Origin: a virus
Lineage: Duplodnaviria; Caudoviricetes
DNA length: 64,000 nt
Virus record (IMG/VR): IMGVR_UViG_3300013121_000044
Location: 1 to 64,000 of that record
Reading direction: 5' to 3' (one strand)
Positions 47,101 to 55,526 of this stretch are shown here, in pieces (the first letter of the stretch is position 1; each line of letters begins with the position of its first letter). The notes under the pieces are model-generated. The model saw only the letters and a list, made by a program, of their open reading frames with translations, was not told the DNA's origin and made no database searches. A program made the translations under genes and the position numbers.

Positions 47101-47658
47101 ACCCCCACGAACATCCTCTTCGACACCCTCCTCCGCACCAACGGCGTGCGCATCGGCCCCAACTACACGTCCGTCATGGCGCTCCTGGCGGAGCCGGACA
47201 AGTGGGGGGTGCTCAACGGCACGTCGTGCGGCGCGTTCTACAACGACCTCAAGGGGTACCTCGTGATCGACTGGATCGCGGCGCTCTCGAACGGCGGCGT
47301 CCTGAACCGGGCCGAGCCGTGGTGCCGCGAGCCGTACCACCGCCTGAAGTACCAGCTCGACCAGCACACGACGGCCGCCAACTTCCAGGAGTACGGGGAG
47401 CTCGGCGTGGAGGACTTCTTGAACGCGTGCGGCGTCTCCTCGCAGCCGCACACGGTCACCGTGCTCCGGGTCGGGGCGTTCGTCTCGAAGCTCCGGGAGA
47501 TGAACCTCCGCCGTAGCTCCGTCGCGGCGGCGCCCCCCGCCTCGTCGGGGGAGCCCGCCGCGTCGGCCGCCGCGCCCCCCGCAACCGCCCCCGCCGCGCA
47601 GGGGGCGGGGGCCGCCTCTCTCCCCCCCGGCATGCGCGGCCGGGGGAACAACATGTAG
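44149..47658 (+). CDS. DNA primase (Zn-finger plus TOPRIM) fused to a P-loop ATPase/helicase
   Basis: C...H.D..PSF...C....C; VVEGEHDALS and LHDHPD; GPTGSGKS and MALEEF. Confidence 0.8.
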   Translation: MARGKGSNTTSVRHSDAIELMRRLDMGRLRQLITQTFPATKVTQVSTQILQMNCLTPGHPDVHPSFYIDLKRGRAFCKSPACGYSTRNLLQLLQDCRGWSYAEGLAQVQAITGTRLVSEKLDAAYEDLDQHRTAMSTLAWAVNTFLVGMIAPPDGDAAYDPIAQHAASGALAWLFEHRGHKKDLAAYFSYGLWPPLHHLLALCEKRLGDMASEEYRAGHTARLSPDRREKILERIRRLAESVGTEWVYSVAFITGHDFNTPARIRLRRPDAEDQKQGNIFTLAGHVPDEPYGYFGLYAPHLAGLTKREARSLRVLVVEGEHDALSVAEGLLAESVTAWTVIGACGDDGTASSNEIDALADAGIEVVYLLHDHPDPELGKGEGWLRKKLTTARKVDPRVFVRWRELRAENQLAKDPDDVIRLAGFRHFRRVVLDDDKSFVASDEWAIERAIEEGRDLPDVRERTAKAAKYGECLAHPERLANFLDKVAGPLGVAPGVVRSQIVRGQDDEAGFIGRIADTIVHDLHFLYKEDTIKGSIVHAYHKDTQRPVRFQVDDGPGILTALSNVVGDVHDYFSQRVGLPAWLSDARATEAGSPVLRELQKPLADYTRIALQRLFHGLPSREECEIVGLGPHLRENAEAPYGVLQYINNGNRVMRCRFSDAEKLTAEYLPGPSDGKMLFTLSPQPFRGHCRTPEDIEWGNTVTIEDLAGVLRDFTELFNCWAFRRGKLEAVTAALSLFHTAVPHFCPDKIIFGLTGPTGSGKSKFMALFCGGQHPDLCMIDWATYQSNYTPAGLYNFFDGSTNLMALEEFTADALHRMKAQQVEDIMELVRQVPFPGGAQVRRMYGGVSRVMTIHTNVMVTSVNPPRDIQDANRRLEIETVKVVGHKDPAIEMYRKFTPERLAYMRRALNLGLLKFYGRYRAHYNLIAPCLATEMAGELKVESRFLRSLAGPATMLAMLGGDWKKFVTECVAARRDTLDAYAHSTPTNILFDTLLRTNGVRIGPNYTSVMALLAEPDKWGVLNGTSCGAFYNDLKGYLVIDWIAALSNGGVLNRAEPWCREPYHRLKYQLDQHTTAANFQEYGELGVEDFLNACGVSSQPHTVTVLRVGAFVSKLREMNLRRSSVAAAPPASSGEPAASAAAPPATAPAAQGAGAASLPPGMRGRGNNM

Positions 47659-47702
47659 GAGACACATGACACCGTACGCCAGACGGCGGGGGCTGACCTG
47701 AC

Positions 47703-50700
47703 ATGGGTACGCCCCTCCCGCAGGTCCCCGTGGAGACGTGCATCCCGTGCCGCCGGCCCCCCTACGACCAGAAGGCGGGGCCGGCGTGCGCGGGGTGCCC
47801 GGCTTTCAAGAACACCCACTACTTCCCCTTCTCCGACGGCCCCGAGGTCCCGGACCTCGTGATCCTCGGCGACGCCCCCGTCGCCCCCCGGCTGTCTCTG
47901 ATCGGGGGGCGGGAGCTCGTCTCGGCGGACATCTTCCACCAAGCGTTCAAGGACGACGGCGGAAAGGTGCTCCGAAACGCGGTCACGGACGTGGGCCTCC
48001 AAGCCGACTTCCAGGGCCTCACGGCGCGGTACGTGTACGCCGTGAAGTGCGCCACCGAGCGCCCGAACAAGACGGTCCTCACGTCCTGCCAGGGGTACCT
48101 CCGCGCGGAGCTCGGCCGACTGGCGGCCTCCCGCCGCATCGCGGGCTACTCCACGAACCTCGTGATCCTCGCGTGCGGCGTGAACGCGTTGCACGCGCTG
48201 GGCGTGCCCGTGAAGTCGGAGGGCGAATCGCTCGGCCGCGTGTTCGAGAACGTGGTCGTCGGCGAGGTCCTCGTGGACGTGATCGCCACGCGCTCGATCG
48301 CCACGTACGCGGCGGGCGTCGGCAAGTACCCCACGCTCCTCGCGGACGTGGAGCGCGCGGCCCGCGTCGCGCGCTCGAAGCCGGTCCAACAGACCCCGCG
48401 CGCGGAGCTGGAGCGGGGGTACGTCTACCCCAAGACCATCGCGGAGGTGCGCGAGGTCGTGCAGATGATCCGGGCGTACGCGGGGGAGGGCTACGCGCCC
48501 GTCGACTGGTACGTCGCCGCCGACACCGAGACGAACACCCTGCACATGAACTACTCCTGGGCGAAGGCGATCACCGCGTCCTTCGCGTGGGACGACGGCA
48601 AGGCCACCGCCATCACCCTGTGGCACCCCCAGGCCCCCTACGACCCCGAGGAGGCGTGGCGATACGTCGTACGGCTGGTCGACTCCGGCAAGCCCCTCAT
48701 CTGGCACGGCGGGAAGTTCGACTACAAGGTCTTCTGGAAGCACGGCTACCCCCTGCGCGCCGTGGGGAACACGAAGTGGGACACGCTCCTCGCCGAGCAC
48801 GTGCTCGAAGAGGACAAGAAGGGCGAGTACAGCCTGAAGCCCCTCGTGAAGCGCTTCCTGCCCGCGTACGCGGGCTACGAGGACCGCCTGAAGGAGCTCC
48901 TCGAACGGGACGACGCGGAGGGCGTGCTCCTCCAGGTCAACCGCACCAAGGCCGTGAAGCTGCCCCAGGCCGTCTCCGACGCCTTCGCCCTGGCGCGCGA
49001 GCGGAAGTGGGTGTCGAGCGCGAAGTTCAGGGCCGACACCCTCAAGAAGCTCATCGAGACCGGCAGGTTCAAGAAGACCGAGCTCTCCCCGGAGGACCTC
49101 GACACCCTCCGCCTCCTCGTAGCCGCGCAGGAGGCGGGGGAGTTCTCCGGGCGGGCGCAGGCCCAGGCCGCCAAGGAGCGCAAGCGAAAGGGAGGCTTCG
49201 AGCGCATCCCGCTCGACGAGCTGCTCTTCTACGCCTGCGTGGACGCGGACGTGACGCGCCGCCTCGCCATCATCCAGAGCCACCGGATGCGGGCGGAGGA
49301 CGAGCAGATCCGCCAGTGGCGGGAGATGGTCGCGGCGCAACTGGCGGCCCAGCCCCCGGACCCGGGTGGCCCGCGTCACGTCGTGCGAGACCCGTGCCCG
49401 CGCGAGGACCGCCAGCACGCGATCGTCCGCGAGTTCAAACTCCCACTCCAGGCGGAGATCGCGAAGATCGAGTACCGGGGCGTGCGGATCGACCGCGACT
49501 ACCTCGAAGACGGCAAGGGCAAGCTCGACGGCGTGCTCGCGGCGATGGACCAGGAGATCTTCAAGATCTGCGGCGAGAGCTTCGGGATCAACCAGCGGAA
49601 GAAGCTCGCGTCGTTCCTCTTCGAGGGCGGGGCGGGCTTCCTCCACCCCGACCCCGAGCACGCCGAGGAGATCGTCCGCCAGAACCCCACCGAAGTGCGC
49701 TACGTGAACGGCCGCATGACGTACGTGCCCCACCACTTCACCGCGACGGGGCAGTTCCAGACCAGCGCGGACGTGCTCAAGAGCCTCGTCAGCCGGTACC
49801 AGTGCCCGCTCGCCAACCTCCTCCTCGCCCGCGCCAAGGCGGACAAGGCGCGCAACTCGTTCTTCGAGAACGCCGACATCCTGTCGGCCATGTTCGAGGA
49901 CCTCAAGCTCCACGGCGGGTACAACCTCGCCGGCACCGCCACGGACCGCCTCTCGTCGAGCTCCGGCGTCGACGGCGTGGGGTGGAACTGGCAGAACATC
50001 CCGAAGGGCCTCCTCGGCGCCCTGCGGAACACGCGCGGGGACCTCGTGATCGGGGCGGACGGCAAGCCCGTCTTCGAGGGCGTCAACTGCAAGAAACTCG
50101 TCATCCCCTACGACTCCTCGATGTGCATCGGGAACGCGGACGCCAAGGGGGCCGAGGTCACCGTCTTCGGGTCGTACGCCGACGACGCGGCCCTGATTCA
50201 GGCCCTCATCGACGGCATGGACCCGCACTGCTTCTTCGCGTCCGAGGCTCTCAACCCGGCGCGCGTCGGCGCGGGGCTCACGGGGAACGCGCGGCGCCTC
50301 GCCCTGGAGAAGGCCGGGGTCGACGACGACCACGCGTGGTCGTACGACGACTTCAAGAACCGCGAGGAGATGCGCGAGAAGGGGGTCGGCAAGCTCATCA
50401 AGGACGGCGGCATCGGCGACCCGAAGAAGCGCGCGACGTGGGAGTTCCCCGACCTCGTCGACTACGCGGACCGCCTGGACAAGCTCCGCGACAACATCAA
50501 GAGGCTCGTCTTCGGGATGCTCTTCGGCGCGGGCGTCCGGAAGATCGCGGAGATCGCGGGCATCAGCCTGGAGCTCGCCGAGAAGATCAAGGCGCTCCTC
50601 TTCGAGCGGTTCCCGTCCATCAAGACGTACATGGACGAGACGAAGTGGGAGCTCAACATGTTCGGCCTCGTCGAGACCGTGCACGGGGGGCGGCGGCGCT

Positions 50701-51212
50701 TCCCCATCGACACGTCGCGCGCGCCGAAGTCCCTCCTGGCGCGCGCCCAGCGCCAGGGGATCAACGTCAAGATTCAGCGCACCAATTCCCAGCTCGTGCT
50801 CCTGGTGCTCTGCTGGATCGCCGAGGTGTTGGAGCGCGACATGGGCGGGGCCGTGCTCCTCACGGTCCACGACTCCATCGGGTTTCAGGTGCCGAAGAAG
50901 TACGCGCATCAGATGCCCGACTTGTTCAAGAAGTACGGCACGGACAGGATCGCGGAACTCAACAAGCACTGGCTCAAGTCCCCGTACCGTTGGGACCTGA
51001 AGCTGGGGCCCAGCTACGGGGAACAGAGCAACGTGCCGAAGTACCTCAAGTCCATCCCCGAGGACACCTGGGAGACGCCGCGAACGTTCGTGCCGGAGTC
51101 GGTCATGACCCGCCAGCTCGACGGGTACACCGAGGAGGAGGTGTTCGAGGACCTGCGCGAACCGGACGAGTACGAGATGCCCAAGAAGACGCCGCCGAAG
51201 AAGGCGGCATGA
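47703..51212 (+). CDS. polA: Family A DNA polymerase with N-terminal UDG-like and 3'-5' exonuclease domains
   Basis: VILGDAP/AVKC UDG-like domain; DTET, KFD, YACVDAD exonuclease motifs; TDRLSSS, NWQNIP, motif A DAKGAEV, motif B KRLVFGMLFG, motif C VHDS. Confidence 0.9.
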   Translation: MGTPLPQVPVETCIPCRRPPYDQKAGPACAGCPAFKNTHYFPFSDGPEVPDLVILGDAPVAPRLSLIGGRELVSADIFHQAFKDDGGKVLRNAVTDVGLQADFQGLTARYVYAVKCATERPNKTVLTSCQGYLRAELGRLAASRRIAGYSTNLVILACGVNALHALGVPVKSEGESLGRVFENVVVGEVLVDVIATRSIATYAAGVGKYPTLLADVERAARVARSKPVQQTPRAELERGYVYPKTIAEVREVVQMIRAYAGEGYAPVDWYVAADTETNTLHMNYSWAKAITASFAWDDGKATAITLWHPQAPYDPEEAWRYVVRLVDSGKPLIWHGGKFDYKVFWKHGYPLRAVGNTKWDTLLAEHVLEEDKKGEYSLKPLVKRFLPAYAGYEDRLKELLERDDAEGVLLQVNRTKAVKLPQAVSDAFALARERKWVSSAKFRADTLKKLIETGRFKKTELSPEDLDTLRLLVAAQEAGEFSGRAQAQAAKERKRKGGFERIPLDELLFYACVDADVTRRLAIIQSHRMRAEDEQIRQWREMVAAQLAAQPPDPGGPRHVVRDPCPREDRQHAIVREFKLPLQAEIAKIEYRGVRIDRDYLEDGKGKLDGVLAAMDQEIFKICGESFGINQRKKLASFLFEGGAGFLHPDPEHAEEIVRQNPTEVRYVNGRMTYVPHHFTATGQFQTSADVLKSLVSRYQCPLANLLLARAKADKARNSFFENADILSAMFEDLKLHGGYNLAGTATDRLSSSSGVDGVGWNWQNIPKGLLGALRNTRGDLVIGADGKPVFEGVNCKKLVIPYDSSMCIGNADAKGAEVTVFGSYADDAALIQALIDGMDPHCFFASEALNPARVGAGLTGNARRLALEKAGVDDDHAWSYDDFKNREEMREKGVGKLIKDGGIGDPKKRATWEFPDLVDYADRLDKLRDNIKRLVFGMLFGAGVRKIAEIAGISLELAEKIKALLFERFPSIKTYMDETKWELNMFGLVETVHGGRRRFPIDTSRAPKSLLARAQRQGINVKIQRTNSQLVLLVLCWIAEVLERDMGGAVLLTVHDSIGFQVPKKYAHQMPDLFKKYGTDRIAELNKHWLKSPYRWDLKLGPSYGEQSNVPKYLKSIPEDTWETPRTFVPESVMTRQLDGYTEEEVFEDLREPDEYEMPKKTPPKKAA

Positions 51213-51278
51213 GGTGACCATGGTGAACAAGGAAGAGCAGAATCATGAGCAGGTCTGTCTCGTGCGAGGAGGTGCCTG

Positions 51279-51479
51279 ATGCCGCGCAAGAAGGATGAGA
51301 TCCGTGTCGGGAGCCGTGTTCGCATCACGGGCATCGCGTCCTGCATGGATCGAGAAGGTTTCGTGAAGGCGATCCAGAACGTGCCTCCTGACAACCGCCC
51401 GTCTCACCTCGTCGAGCTCGGAGAGGGGGTCGTGTGGGCCTGGACCGAAGAGATCACCCAGCTGGCGGACCCCTCGTGA
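51279..51479 (+). CDS. Small hypothetical protein (KOW/SH3-like)
   Basis: GGAGG RBS; IRVGSRVRIT. Confidence 0.55.
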   Translation: MPRKKDEIRVGSRVRITGIASCMDREGFVKAIQNVPPDNRPSHLVELGEGVVWAWTEEITQLADPS

Positions 51480-51868
51480 AGGACTCGCCGAAATTCTGGG
51501 CGCGGGAGTATCTGTGCGAGCCTCCGCCGCGCACGGAAGCCTATCGGCGCGCCTACATCCTCTGGTGTGTCGCGCACGCCCTCATGGAGCGGAAAGATCG
51601 CACGTACTGCACGGGCACGGGGCACGAAGGGGAGGCGCTTCCTTTGACGGGGTGGGAGCGCGACGCGGTGAACCGCACGGGGAGGCGCATGTACAAGGCT
51701 CTCCGGCGCCTCGCCGAGCGATTCCCAGCAGAGGATTGGAAAGCGGCGAAACGTGACGCCGAGCGCACGTCCCTTCGGGAGCGTGAACGCATCGCACAAG
51801 ATCATTCGGACGTGGTGGCGGAGGTGCGCGCTGCGTACGCCGTATTCTCGGAGGGGTACCCGGTATAA
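51476..51868 (+). CDS. Hypothetical protein
   Basis: GTGA overlap with the upstream stop. Confidence 0.55.
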   Translation: MKDSPKFWAREYLCEPPPRTEAYRRAYILWCVAHALMERKDRTYCTGTGHEGEALPLTGWERDAVNRTGRRMYKALRRLAERFPAEDWKAAKRDAERTSLRERERIAQDHSDVVAEVRAAYAVFSEGYPV

Positions 51869-52025
51869 GATCGGGTGAGCGTCACGTAGGCCGGTACGTG
51901 ATAATGTCCTCCACACCCGGTCAGAATGGGCGCGCCCGGCCGCGCGCCCTCTGCTCCTCGGGGGTGCGCCGGCCCCGAGGAGAGTGCTCAGCCGGCGTTT
52001 CTTTTTGCCCACAAAAGAGGATCCC

Positions 52026-52817
52026 GTGAACATTTTCGCCGCCGACACCGAGACCCTGGGGCTCATCCCCGGGGAACACCGCGTCATCGAGTTGAGCTTC
52101 GCCCGCGTCACCGACGGTGACTGGTCGAACTTCAAGATCGAGACCTTCCGTTTCGTCCCGCGTCCCGAGCACTTCGTCAAGGCCCACCCCAAGGCCCTGG
52201 AGGTGAACGGCTACCGGGAGGGCCATCCCGACTGGAAGGGGGCGCCCGAGATCGGGAGCCCCGAGGCCGCCGACATCTGGAGGTACGTCGTCTCGCGTAC
52301 GCGCGGCGCGGCCCTCCTCTGTCAAAACGTGCCCTTCGACCGGGGCATGATGTGGGAGGAGATGCGCCTCCACGGGGCGTACGCCGTACCGCACGGCGTC
52401 GGGCCCGAGGAGGGGCCCTGGGAGAAGCACTTCATCGAGGTGCGCAAGTGCTCCACCTTCCTCCAGAAGAAGCACGGCTGGCGCTCCGCGAGCCTGAACC
52501 CCCTCTACGAGGAGTGCCGCGCGGCCTTCGGCGCCCCCCCGCTCCCCCACCAGCACCGCTCGGAGTCGGACGTGCTGCGGGCCCTCTGGGTGTGGGCGCA
52601 CGCGGCGGCCCTTTCGGGGGACGGGTCGGCCCCGGAGATCTCGGTGAAGAGGGCGATCCAGGGGTGGCTCAACGGCGTCGGCGTCGAGACGCGCTCGACG
52701 ATCCTGCCGGGGGTGCTGCACTCGGTCGAGTTTCGCGGCACCGTGGCGCAGCAGGACTCGATTCCCGTGGGGGCCTGCGGCGCGCCCGACCCCACGGTGC
52801 CCGACACCAACGCGTGA
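52026..52817 (+). CDS. DEDDh 3'-5' exonuclease (DnaQ-like)
   Basis: DTETLGL...IELS, NVPFD, HRSESDV; GTG after AGAGGA. Confidence 0.8.
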   Translation: MNIFAADTETLGLIPGEHRVIELSFARVTDGDWSNFKIETFRFVPRPEHFVKAHPKALEVNGYREGHPDWKGAPEIGSPEAADIWRYVVSRTRGAALLCQNVPFDRGMMWEEMRLHGAYAVPHGVGPEEGPWEKHFIEVRKCSTFLQKKHGWRSASLNPLYEECRAAFGAPPLPHQHRSESDVLRALWVWAHAAALSGDGSAPEISVKRAIQGWLNGVGVETRSTILPGVLHSVEFRGTVAQQDSIPVGACGAPDPTVPDTNA

Positions 52818-52823
52818 CGGGTC

Positions 52824-54476
52824 TCACCCCGGCGCCGAGCTTCCGAGGTTGACCTCGTTGATGGCGATCTGAATCGCGAGGCGCGCGAACACCAGGGCGT
52901 GCAGGAAGTCGTCCGGATCCACGGGGGCGTGGCGCCACACCTTCCGGCCGCCCGCGTCCTTCGAGGTCGTCTCCTCGTACTCCGCGAGGATGTGCTTGAA
53001 GGCGGCCTTCACGTACGCGCTGGGCTCCTTCGGGAACTGAAACTCCTTGCGGAGCATCGCCATCATGGCCGAGTCAATCGCCACGGTGCGGTTCACGGTG
53101 TAGCTGTTCCGGGACTGGTCCCAGACGACGTAGTGGGCGGCGTTGGGGCCCGTGTAGCGAAACTTCACGACGCGCTGCGGGTTGGCCATGCTGGTGCGGA
53201 GCATGTCCATGTTCATGTTGCCCTCGCCCGCGTCGCCGCCGACTAGGAGCTGGTTGCCCATGTCGTAGTTCCTGAGGACCGTGCGGATCTCCTCGTTCTC
53301 CTGCACGGCGTGAAGGCCGGGGAATACCTTGAAGTAGAGGACGCGCAGGCGGCCCGAGGTGAGGCGCCCCAGGACGACCAGCACCGTGAACGAGTGGCCG
53401 TCCTTGCCCCCGCCCGACCAGTCGATGCCCGCGCCGACCTTCATGACGTTCTGCATGAGCTCAGGGGTCGGCTTCGGGCTGATCGGAGGGCCGTCCGCTG
53501 CGGACCACAGGATCTCCTCCGTGACGAGTCTGCGACCTACGGAGTCCGAGATGCCGAGCACCTCGTTTCGGAACTTCGGCAGGGAGTAGGCGTCGGGCCC
53601 CTCCATGGTGCCGAGGATGTCGATCCACTCGGCCCGCGCCTCGTCCCGCTTCGGGCCCTCGGGCCACGCGGCGGGCACGCCTCGGATCATGATGGGGCGC
53701 GAGATGTGGAAGCCCTTGTAGGGCGCCTCCACGTCCGCGTTCGTGTCGACCCACATGCCGTGGCGGGGATTCAGGTAGGCCCCGCAGGCGCCGCAGAGAG
53801 GGCCCCACTTGCCGAGCTGCTTCTCACTGACGATGATCGAATAGCGCGAACACGAGTCACAGCGAATCGCCCACTCGGTCTGCGAGGACTTCTTCCAAAG
53901 GTCCTCGATCCCGTTCTCCAAGGTCTTCGGCGTGCCGCAGTAGGTCTCGCGGCGGACGGTGGAGTTTCGCAGGCATTCTCGGATCTCGGGGCGCACCGCG
54001 TCGAGAAGAACGTCCTGAACCTCGTCGATCAGTACGTGGTCGGCGGAGTTGCCGCGTACGCGATCCGCGTCCTCGTCGGCGTACGTGAACACGATCTCCG
54101 AACCGTTCGTGAACGAACGCGTAAGCACGCGGTTCGGGAGTGATGCGTCGATGAAGTTCTCGCGGATATGAGGCGAGTAGTGAATGGCCTTGCCGACACG
54201 GAGCGTGGAGAACTTCAGCGTTTGCTCCTCAGACGGCGTCACGAAGAGTGACTTGAAGAAGTCGCGCGCCACGGAGTCCGTAAGGAGCTCCACCATCAGC
54301 ATGATGGACTTGCCGATCTGGCGACTCGTCTTGAGGAGCGTTTTCTTCCAAGCACCGTCGTACGGAGCGACGAGCATGGGGTAGTCGACGAGGGAGAGAG
54401 GGCGGCCCTCCCACTGGATCATCCGCTCGCACATCTGCGAGCGTGTCAGCTCGATTCGTTTACGATCCAAGCTCAC
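52824..54476 (-). CDS. terL: Terminase large subunit
   Basis: SRQIGKS, VRGNSAD, LIDEVQD, GTPKT, a Zn-finger, and nuclease motifs GIDWSGG...PDDFLHA. Confidence 0.88.
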   Translation of the reverse strand: MSLDRKRIELTRSQMCERMIQWEGRPLSLVDYPMLVAPYDGAWKKTLLKTSRQIGKSIMLMVELLTDSVARDFFKSLFVTPSEEQTLKFSTLRVGKAIHYSPHIRENFIDASLPNRVLTRSFTNGSEIVFTYADEDADRVRGNSADHVLIDEVQDVLLDAVRPEIRECLRNSTVRRETYCGTPKTLENGIEDLWKKSSQTEWAIRCDSCSRYSIIVSEKQLGKWGPLCGACGAYLNPRHGMWVDTNADVEAPYKGFHISRPIMIRGVPAAWPEGPKRDEARAEWIDILGTMEGPDAYSLPKFRNEVLGISDSVGRRLVTEEILWSAADGPPISPKPTPELMQNVMKVGAGIDWSGGGKDGHSFTVLVVLGRLTSGRLRVLYFKVFPGLHAVQENEEIRTVLRNYDMGNQLLVGGDAGEGNMNMDMLRTSMANPQRVVKFRYTGPNAAHYVVWDQSRNSYTVNRTVAIDSAMMAMLRKEFQFPKEPSAYVKAAFKHILAEYEETTSKDAGGRKVWRHAPVDPDDFLHALVFARLAIQIAINEVNLGSSAPG

Positions 54477-55128
54477 GGCGGTGTTCGGCGCGGAGGTGGG
54501 AGCGCGCGCGGATCTCCACTTCGCAGTCCGCGAGATGCGCGATCTGGACGCCGACTGCGTCTTCGGGGGCGCGGCTCACCAGTCCGCGAAGGGACTCCTC
54601 GGGCAGCGCACACAGTTTCGCCCACACCTTTTCGACCTTGGCGCGTACAGCGCCTTCGTCGCGGTCCCAGGCCGAAAGAGCGTCCTGGCAGAAGCGGAGC
54701 TGCGCGGGCGCTAGAACCCAACCGTCGTCATGAAGCACGAGGGCGATGGCGGGGTCCACACCGTCGGGGTCGAAGCCCTCGTCCTCACCGATCGTTCCAC
54801 CCGTGAGCGTTTCGATTTCGGTCACGGCCCAGGCGAGCTGGAGGGGGGTGGGGTGAGCGACGCCGCCTGCCGGGTGCCCGTCACACGCGACGGCGAAGGC
54901 GAAGAGCACCTCGTGATCGTGGGACCAGCTCCGCGTGGTGAGGATCGTTTGTGCTCCGAGGGCCTTGGCCGAGATGGCGTCATCCCACGCGATCGCGCGC
55001 CGTTCCAGCTCCAGGTGCAGCGTCTCGGGCTCCCAGGCCCGCACCCCTTTCCCGAGGAGGGCCTCGACCGCAGCCCAGACGCTGGAGGCCGAGGCGCGTG
55101 AGTCGCGGAGAACGTCGAGCGCGTTCAT
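54460..55128 (-). CDS. Hypothetical protein
   Basis: ATG at 55128 overlaps the upstream stop; WEPETL motif. Confidence 0.65.
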   Translation of the reverse strand: MNALDVLRDSRASASSVWAAVEALLGKGVRAWEPETLHLELERRAIAWDDAISAKALGAQTILTTRSWSHDHEVLFAFAVACDGHPAGGVAHPTPLQLAWAVTEIETLTGGTIGEDEGFDPDGVDPAIALVLHDDGWVLAPAQLRFCQDALSAWDRDEGAVRAKVEKVWAKLCALPEESLRGLVSRAPEDAVGVQIAHLADCEVEIRARSHLRAEHRRELGS

Positions 55129-55526
55129 TCGTCGATCAGCTCCCGAGCGTCTGTGAAACAAGCTCGGACCGAAGTCGCATGAGGGAGGTCTGCGTGGTCT
55201 CCTGCCAGGGCTTTCAACCCAGAAACCGTCACCGTGCGCGTCCCCTTTGCGTCGTCTTGCGTGACCGTGAGGACGAGGCTCTCCCGAAGCTGACGCTGTT
55301 CTTCCGTCGCGGACCGAAACGCTTCATTCAGCCACGCGCGTGCCTCAGGCAGAAGAAGGCCCCACTTCTCCGAGATCTGGATGCACGCGAGCCGGACGTT
55401 GCCGATCAGGATCGACCGTTCGAGCCAGTCGAGCCCACGCGCCTTGAGCTCCGAGGGGTCGACCCCCGAAGGTACTTCGGCGAGCGGCGTCGCCGCGACG
55501 AACTCTCTCTCCGTGGGTGGAGCCAT
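55125..55526 (-). CDS. Hypothetical protein
   Basis: Coupled to both neighbours. Confidence 0.55.
   Translation of the reverse strand: MAPPTEREFVAATPLAEVPSGVDPSELKARGLDWLERSILIGNVRLACIQISEKWGLLLPEARAWLNEAFRSATEEQRQLRESLVLTVTQDDAKGTRTVTVSGLKALAGDHADLPHATSVRACFTDARELIDE

Noticed and set aside
47238-51230. Very long antisense or alternate-frame ORFs (for example 47238-51230 -, 47738-51217 +, 7239-9755 +, 59300-61798 -, 19-945 +)
   Set aside because: Shadow ORFs caused by high GC and codon bias of the real genes; Arg/Gly/Pro-rich or otherwise motif-free.
51928-52006. tRNA or riboswitch in the two-hairpin region before the exonuclease gene
   Set aside because: Two GC hairpins and a T-tract are present, but there is no cloverleaf or known aptamer consensus; probably a terminator or leader.
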